Source: Thermoanaerobaculia bacterium (lineage in GTDB: Bacteria; Acidobacteriota; Thermoanaerobaculia; Multivoradales; Multivoraceae). From it: a DNA stretch of 64,000 nt. The notes under the pieces were generated by a model. That model did not search any database. It was not told where the DNA came from and saw nothing but the letters and a program-made list of their open reading frames with translations. The stretch lies in contig OY761158.1 in assembly GCA_963664405.1 (NCBI GenBank), forward strand, positions 899,020 through 963,019, read 5' to 3'. Below are positions 58,280 through 64,000 of this stretch, piece after piece; within the stretch, counting starts at the first letter, position 1, and the number at the start of each line of letters is the position of its first letter. The translations under genes were made by a program, and so were the position numbers.

Positions 58280-58280
58280 C

Positions 58281-58720
58281 CGGGGAAAATGATGGATATC
58301 ATTTCCCCCGACTAGTTGTTCTTTGGCGCCGAGGACGGCGCACTCAGGCGGTGCTTCCTATTCGCTCCGGGCAGCGGTCCGGTTTCCTTCCGCGCAGACT
58401 CCTCTAGGAAGCCTGGACCACAGGAGCTACGGGTGCGCCGTCCTCGGCGTCCTTCCCGAGAGCGGCTCCGCAGGAGCCGGTCGAGTTGACCGCCGTGGAG
58501 CTCGCGCCAGCGAGGTCACAAGAACAACAATGAGCCGGAGGAAATGATAGCCATCATTTCTGGAGGCGAAGCCCGAACGCTAGGAGAGTGTCCGAGTATT
58601 CGGCCAGAGCCGTTTCCCGGAGCGAGTAGGAAGCAACGCCCTAGTGCGCCGTCCTCGGCGCCAACAACAATGAGCCGGAGGAAATGATAGCCATCATTTC
58701 TGGAGGCGAAGCCCGAACAC
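58281..58720. repeat. Dense composite repeat array: three AAATGAT-N4-ATCATTT palindromes (58286-58307, 58541-58560, 58685-58704); a 55-bp inverted-repeat pair built on GGCGCCGAGGACGGCGCAC (58324-58380 versus 58605-58662); and a 57-bp direct repeat (58519-58576 and 58663-58720) that duplicates the last codons of the PQQ-ADH gene
   Basis: Read directly from the sequence. The modules match those at 9654-9815 and 21016-21062. The region lies between the convergent 3' ends of 56813..58279 and 58694..60358. Confidence 0.7.
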
Positions 58721-60358
58721 GAAGAGCGCGCTGCCGGCGGCGGCAGCTACGTACTGCTTACCTTCGACGGCATACGTGATCGGACAGCTGGCAATCGACC
58801 CGCCCAGAGTCGCCTTCCACAGCAGCTCACCCGTCTTCGCATCGAGGGCGTGGAAATAGCCCTCGCGGCCGCCGGCGAAAACGAGGTCGGAGGCCGTGCT
58901 CAAGACGCCACTCTGAGTGACATCGGTCATCTTGAATCGCCAACGCTGCTCGCCCGTTCGCGGATCGAGAGCCAGTACCGCACCGTTGGCGACGTCTTCG
59001 GTCCAGTTATTGATCAGTGGGCGACCCCTACCCGTCACGCCCGGCGCTCCGGGGTTCGGACTGGTCGGCGGACCACCCAAGAAGCGTTGACCGGGTCGGT
59101 ACTCGACCTCCACCGGTCGGAACACATGTCCGCAGTTCTCCCATGCAGAAACGTAGATCAGCTCGGTGTTGGGGCTGAACGAAGGAGAAAACCAATTCGT
59201 GCCTCCGGGAACGCAAGGGTAGGTCGTCGCTCCGAGGGGTTGAGGGGTCTCGATCGGTCGTCCCTTCTCGTCGAGCCCGCTAGCCCAGTTGACCTTGACG
59301 AAGGGCGTCCCCCTGATGAATTCGCCGGTGGCGCGGTCGAGCACATAAAAGAAGCCGTTGCGGTTTGCCCACAGCATGAGCTTGTCGCTGCCCACTCCGG
59401 TGACGTCTAGATCGACGAGCACAGGAACCTGGACCGCGTCATAGTCATAGTCATCGTTGGGAGTGAACTGGAAGTGCCACTCGAGCTCGCCGGTATCGGC
59501 GTCGAGCGCGACGACAGAGTCGGAGTAGAGGTTGTCGCCGGGTCGTTGGGCCGGATTCCAGTCCGGCCCCGGGTTGCCGATGCCCCAGTAAGTGAGGTTG
59601 AGCTCGGGGTCGTAGGAGCCGGTGACCCACACCGACGCACCACCATGCTCCCAGGCGTCGCCGCCGCCCTCCCAGGTCTCATGGCCAGGCTCCCCGGGCC
59701 CCGGGATGGTGTAGAAACGCCACACTTCATCCCCGCTCACGGCATCGTAGGCGGCAATGAACCCGCGGATTCCGTACTCGCCGCCGGCAACGCCGACGAC
59801 GACCTTGTCACCGATGACCAGGGGAGCCAGGGTCATCGCGTAGCCCAGACTGGGGTCGGCAACCGCGGTCTTCCAGATCGGTCGGCCGGAGATGGTGTCG
59901 ATCGCGATCAACTGCGCGTCGATCGTCGCCATGAACAGAGTCTCGCCGAGAATGGCGAGGCCCCGGTTCACCGAACCACAGCACGGTCTCGACTCGGAGG
60001 AAGGGACGTGCTCATACCTCCAAAAGGCACTTCCGAGCTTGGCGTCGAGAGCGATCACGGTGTTCGGCGCTTCGGTCAGATACATAACACCGTCGACCAC
60101 CAGCGGAGTGGTCTCGAACTTTTCCAACGACCGAGCCTGGAACACCCACTTCATTTCCAGCTCGCCAACGTTGTCCGGTGCGATCTGCCGTAACAGACTG
60201 TGGCGGGTACTCGCGTAATCGCCGGAATAGGTGAGCCAGTTGTGCGGCTCTTTCGCGGCTTCGAGCAGGCGTTTGGACGTCACCTGTGCGCTCAGGCTCT
60301 GAGCCGGCAGCATCAGCGAGAGAAGCAACAGGCCGGCACGACTCATGAGTCTGCGCAT
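58694..60358 (-). CDS. PQQ-dependent alcohol dehydrogenase (methanol/ethanol family, XoxF/ExaA-like)
   Basis: Start trimmed to MRRLMSRAGLLLLSL, a signal peptide. ...NWLTYSGDYASTRHSLL..., the CC ring (RPCCGSVNRG) and propeller W-motifs follow. The start overlaps the upstream cytochrome stop (TAATG). Confidence 0.85.
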   Translation of the reverse strand: MRRLMSRAGLLLLSLMLPAQSLSAQVTSKRLLEAAKEPHNWLTYSGDYASTRHSLLRQIAPDNVGELEMKWVFQARSLEKFETTPLVVDGVMYLTEAPNTVIALDAKLGSAFWRYEHVPSSESRPCCGSVNRGLAILGETLFMATIDAQLIAIDTISGRPIWKTAVADPSLGYAMTLAPLVIGDKVVVGVAGGEYGIRGFIAAYDAVSGDEVWRFYTIPGPGEPGHETWEGGGDAWEHGGASVWVTGSYDPELNLTYWGIGNPGPDWNPAQRPGDNLYSDSVVALDADTGELEWHFQFTPNDDYDYDAVQVPVLVDLDVTGVGSDKLMLWANRNGFFYVLDRATGEFIRGTPFVKVNWASGLDEKGRPIETPQPLGATTYPCVPGGTNWFSPSFSPNTELIYVSAWENCGHVFRPVEVEYRPGQRFLGGPPTSPNPGAPGVTGRGRPLINNWTEDVANGAVLALDPRTGEQRWRFKMTDVTQSGVLSTASDLVFAGGREGYFHALDAKTGELLWKATLGGSIASCPITYAVEGKQYVAAAAGSALFVFGLRLQK

Positions 60359-61170
60359 TAGCTCAACCCCTTCAAGGACAGTAGGTAGGCCAGCACGTCG
60401 GCTCTCTCTTCCGCCGTCAGGGTCTCTTCGTACGAAGGCATATCCGAGGAGGTGAGGATCGTGAGCTCGCGGAGAGTGACCTTTTCCAGCGAGACCAGAC
60501 GCTCGTGATCGTCGATGAGCTGGACGGTGAAGGTGTCTTCGTTGATGCGGCGACCGTTGATCACCGTCCCATCGCTCTTTACGACTCTCACCGGGCGGTT
60601 GATCGGTAGTGTCGAGCCTTCCGAACCGAGGATCGCTCGTTCGAGCTGAGCCGCGGTGCGAACGGAGCCTATGTTGCTCAGATCCGGCGCGGAGCGCGGC
60701 CCTCGACCGAAGACCCTGTGACAGCTTCCGCACTCGCCCTTGCCTTCGAAGAGGGCCTGACCCTGTCCGCCATCACCGAGCGAGATCGAGCCGAGATTGG
60801 CGGTCGTGATGTTGCGAACGTAGGCGACCAGAGCCGTGATCTCGGGGGCGGTGTACTCGGTCGGCGTCATCTGCGTTCCCGGAATTCCGTCACGAATATT
60901 GTTGCCAAGAAGAGCGTCGCTCGGAGAGTTCGGGAAGTCCCCGAGGCGAAGATTGACCTTGCGCTCCATGTCGCCGTTCTCGCCGTGGCAGGAAACACAG
61001 TGATTACTGTAGAGGTAGAACCCGTACTCGATGTCGGTCTGTTCGTAGCCACCCGCATCCTGGGCGCCGAGAGGAAGCCCTGCCATCACCACCATCGATG
61101 CAACTCCGACCGACGCCCGCTTGAACGATCCGTACCCGACCCGTACTATCCACTGCCATCGGTTCTTCAT
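60358..61170 (-). CDS. Diheme c-type cytochrome (CVSCH and CGSCH), likely electron acceptor of the downstream PQQ-ADH
   Basis: Start trimmed to MKNRWQWIV..., a signal peptide. Two CxxCH motifs. Translationally coupled to the PQQ-ADH. Confidence 0.8.
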   Translation of the reverse strand: MKNRWQWIVRVGYGSFKRASVGVASMVVMAGLPLGAQDAGGYEQTDIEYGFYLYSNHCVSCHGENGDMERKVNLRLGDFPNSPSDALLGNNIRDGIPGTQMTPTEYTAPEITALVAYVRNITTANLGSISLGDGGQGQALFEGKGECGSCHRVFGRGPRSAPDLSNIGSVRTAAQLERAILGSEGSTLPINRPVRVVKSDGTVINGRRINEDTFTVQLIDDHERLVSLEKVTLRELTILTSSDMPSYEETLTAEERADVLAYLLSLKGLS

Positions 61171-61204
61171 GATTGATGAGATTCTACTCACTTCGAGGTA
61201 ACTC

Positions 61205-62305
61205 GTGCCGCACACTCCCATCGGCCGTCTGACGATACTCCTTGCCGCCGTCGCCACCGGCTGCGGAGCGACCGTCGCGATCGCGCAGCGCGGTGCCGAT
61301 TTCGGCACCGAACCGCCTCATGTCATTCTGGTCATGGCCGATGACCTGGGCTGGGGCCAGACCAGCTACTACGGCCACCCTCTCCTCGAGACTCCGAACC
61401 TCGACGCCATGGCCGACAACGGACTGCGCCTCGACAGGTTCTACGCCGGCGCCCCTTCCTACACTCCGACCCGAGCCAGCGTGCTCACCGGTCGCAACAA
61501 CGATCGTACCGGGGCGGTCCGGGTTCCCGGCCCGATCAACAAGCAGGAGAAGATGATGCCGGTCGCCTTTCAGAATGCGGGCTACGCGACCGCGCATTTC
61601 GGCAAATGGCATCTCAACGGGCTCCACGCCAGGCCGGGTTTACCCATCCTGAAAGAAGACCCTTACCATCCCGGTGAGCTGGGCTTCGACTACTGGCTCA
61701 GCTGCTCGAACAATTTCGATCGCGACCCGATCCTGAGTCGCAACGGCGACATCGAAGAATTCGAGGGTGACTCCTCGGAGATCCTCGTCGAGGAGGCGCT
61801 CAGCTTCATCGAGCGAGAGACGGCCCAAGACAAGCGCGTTTTCGTGGTCATATGGTACTCCTCGCCACACCGGCCGTTGGCCGCGTCCGAGGAGGACGCC
61901 AAGCCCTTTAGCCATCTCGATCCGGGCTCCCGCGACCACCATGGCGAGATTGTGGCGATGGATCGCTCCATCGGCGCCCTACGCAGTGGCCTTCGCGACC
62001 TCGGCATCGCCGAGAACACTCTGGTCTGGTTCAAGAGCGATAACGGCGGCCTACCCGACATCGACTACGGCCCTGGCTACGGCCCCATCGTGCCGGATAC
62101 CACCGGCCATCTGCGAGGATTCAAGAAGGACTCCTACGAGGGCGGTCTGCGGGTGCCTGCGCTGATCGAGTGGCCGGAGCGCATTCAGCCACGAATCACC
62201 CACTACCCCACCAGCACGATGGACATCTTTCCCACCCTGATCGAGGTCGCGGGCCTCGACCCCCGCCGGCTGCCGAGAACCGTCCCTATTCACCGTCAGT
62301 CGATC
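61205..62305 (+). CDS. Sulfatase N-terminal catalytic domain (FGly-dependent) lacking the usual about 100-aa C-terminal subdomain; abuts DUF3604 in another frame
   Basis: Signal peptide. ...HVILVMADDLGWGQ...APSYTPTRASVLTGRN... is the C/S-x-P-x-R-type motif region, then the GKWHL block. Sulfatase-like sequence runs to about ...IHRQSIALIP, after which frame 2 degenerates and stops at 62485. Confidence 0.7.
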
Positions 62306-62310
62306 GCACT

Positions 62311-64000
62311 TATCCCGACAACGTCTATTGGGGCGACACCCATCTCCACACCTATCTGTCGGGAGACGCTTTCACTCTCGGCACCCGCCTCACACCTGAG
62401 GACGCCTATCGCTTCGCAAAGGGAGAGACCCTTCGAGCGACCGGCGGCGAGAAAGTACGGCTTCGCCGCCCACTCGACTTTCTGATGGCGGGCGATCATG
62501 CAGAGAATCTGGGAGCGGTGCCGCGGCTCGCAGCCGGTGATCCGAGAGTCGAGGCAAGCGAAGACGGCCGACGCTGGGCGGAAGTGCTCGCGAGCATTCC
62601 AGCGCTACCGGATATTCTGAACGCCGCAGATCCTGAAGGCTTCGATCAGGGCAATCGCGAGCTGGGGATCGCCAAAGGCGCTTGGCAGGCCGGCTATGCG
62701 ATCGATGACGACTTCAGGCGCGAGGTCTGGCACGAAGTCATTGCCGTTGCCGAGAAGCACAACGACCCCGGTAGATTCACCGCCTTTGCCGGCTTCGAGT
62801 GGAGCGGGAGGGACCCCGGCATGATCCACAGAAACGTCCTCTTTGCCGGCGGGCCGGAACAGACCCAACAGGTGCTGCCCTTCTCACGCTTCGACAGCGA
62901 CAATGAAGAAGACCTCTGGTCCTACCTACAGGACTACATGGATCGGGTCGGGGGCGAAGTGATTGCCATTCCGCACAACAGCAACCTGAGCGGCGGCCGC
63001 ATGTTCCGGCCAACCAACTACGACAACCAGCCGTTCACAAGAGCCTACGCCCAGACGCGCTCCTCCTTGGAGCCCATCGTCGAGGTAACCCAGATCAAAG
63101 GCGACAGTGAGACTCACCCGATCATCGCACCTAACGACGAATTCGCCGACTACGAGACCTGGGGCGGCAGCCCTCCCAAGGCTAAGCCGGGGGCGCCGGC
63201 GCCGGACCTCGCCCTCTATGAAGAGAGCGTGGCCAACTCGTATGCCCGCTCGGCGTTGAAGGCAGGGTTGGGTCACGAGGCCGAGCTGGGGGTGAATCCC
63301 TTCAAATTCGGCATGATCGGCAGTACCGACTCCCACACCGCTCTCGCCACCGCCGACGAGGACAACTTCTGGGGCAAGATGGGCCTCAACGAGCCCAGTC
63401 CTTACCGAGCTGTCAAGCAGTGGAGTTTCAGCTCTTCCGGATACGCGGCGGTGTGGGCCGAAGAGAACACCCGAGAATCTCTGTTTGCGGCGATGAAACG
63501 TCGCGAGGTCTATGCCACCACGGGTCCGCGAATGACCGTGCGCTTCTTCGCCGGCTGGGACTACTCCGCCGACGATGCAGCGAGTCCGAAGCTGTCAGAC
63601 ATCGGCTACGGCAAAGGAGTACCCATGGGCGGCGACCTGGCTCGGGCCCCCACAGGGAAGGTGCCCAGCCTGTTGATTCGAGCAGTGAAGGACCCCGACG
63701 GCGCCAACCTGGATCGCGTGCAAGTGGTCAAAGGCTGGCGCACCAGCTCCGGCGAGCTGCTCGAGCGCGTTTACGACGTAGCTCTCGCTGATGGCAGAAC
63801 CGTGGACGCGAAGGGCAAGGTGCAGCCCGTGGGCAGCACGGTCACTCTGCAGGAGCCTACGTACTCGAACAACATTGGCGACCCCGAGCTGTATGTGGTT
63901 TGGCGCGACCCGGATTTCGATCCCGACGAGCTCGCCTTCTACTACGTGCGAGTGCTGGAGATCCCGACGCCGCGCTGGACGGCCTACGATGCCAATTTCT
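62311..64000 (+). CDS. DUF3604-family protein, N-terminally truncated (no start codon or signal peptide in frame); continues past the window end
   Basis: Frame 1 from 62311 gives YPDNVYWGDTHLHTYLSGDAF..., the hallmark N-proximal DUF3604 motif, and reads open to 64000. The upstream frame-1 stop at 62041-62043 is followed by no ATG or GTG with a signal peptide. Confidence 0.7.

Overview
This is a high-GC (about 65-70%) bacterial chromosomal segment, most likely from Acidobacteria. Evidence for that placement: a GWxTPRxE-plus-VWA protein, a carboxypeptidase-regulatory-like TonB-type outer-membrane protein, a PSCyt1 cytochrome c domain, and many PQQ quinoproteins and sulfatases. The six-frame track is dominated by antisense shadow ORFs. 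I placed real genes by domain recognition, start codons with Shine-Dalgarno motifs, and ATGA/GTGA overlaps.

Layout:
(1) 1-2373: partial outer-membrane receptor gene.
(2) 2548-9650: a decayed mobile island. A tyrosine recombinase gene is split by an intact-looking IS3-family IS. Two 44-bp att-like direct repeats bracket a low-GC cargo gene of unknown function. A 39-aa transmembrane peptide gene follows. Then comes an RHH-RelE/ParE toxin-antitoxin pair fused by an ATGA overlap to a parA gene. That parA gene is cut by the 38-bp inverted repeat of an internally deleted Tn3-family remnant.
(3) 9958-22264: housekeeping and lipid genes: DsbA-like, crotonase, cupin, acyl-CoA dehydrogenase, AICARFT-only PurH-like, GWxTPRxE-VWA, M20 amidohydrolase, glpK, Gfo/Idh/MocA.
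(4) 22292-28361: sugar isomerase, quinohemoprotein PQQ dehydrogenase, xylA, frameshifted xylB.
(5) 28378-41737: hydrolases, UvrD-like helicase, SDR, SGNH lipase, apgM, a PQQ-ADH remnant, a PSCyt1 protein with an in-frame TAA, an ALDH plus adenylate-forming enzyme pair, a YheT-like hydrolase, a sulfotransferase.
(6) 41874-51485: two tandem PF01663 phosphodiesterase paralogues, small genes, another PQQ dehydrogenase.
(7) 51665-64000: a sulfatase-rich locus: three sulfatases, a frameshifted membrane protein, an FG-GAP lipoprotein, a PQQ-ADH with diheme cytochrome c partner, and a sulfatase N-domain abutting an N-terminally truncated DUF3604 gene in a different frame.

Two repeat families stand out. 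A roughly 165-bp MITE with CTAG termini occurs three times, and each copy sits on a gene start or stop codon. A composite repeat (palindrome GAARTGAT-N4-ATCAYTTC plus a GGCGCCGAGGACGGCGC hairpin) occurs at three loci, including a dense 440-bp array at 58281-58720.

Several frameshifts coincide with C/G homopolymers (C4, C8, G9). These are either assembly indel errors or contingency loci.

The most novel-looking candidate is the att-bracketed low-GC cargo gene plus small TM peptide inside the decayed island. I recognised no canonical defence system, CRISPR array or rRNA/tRNA.
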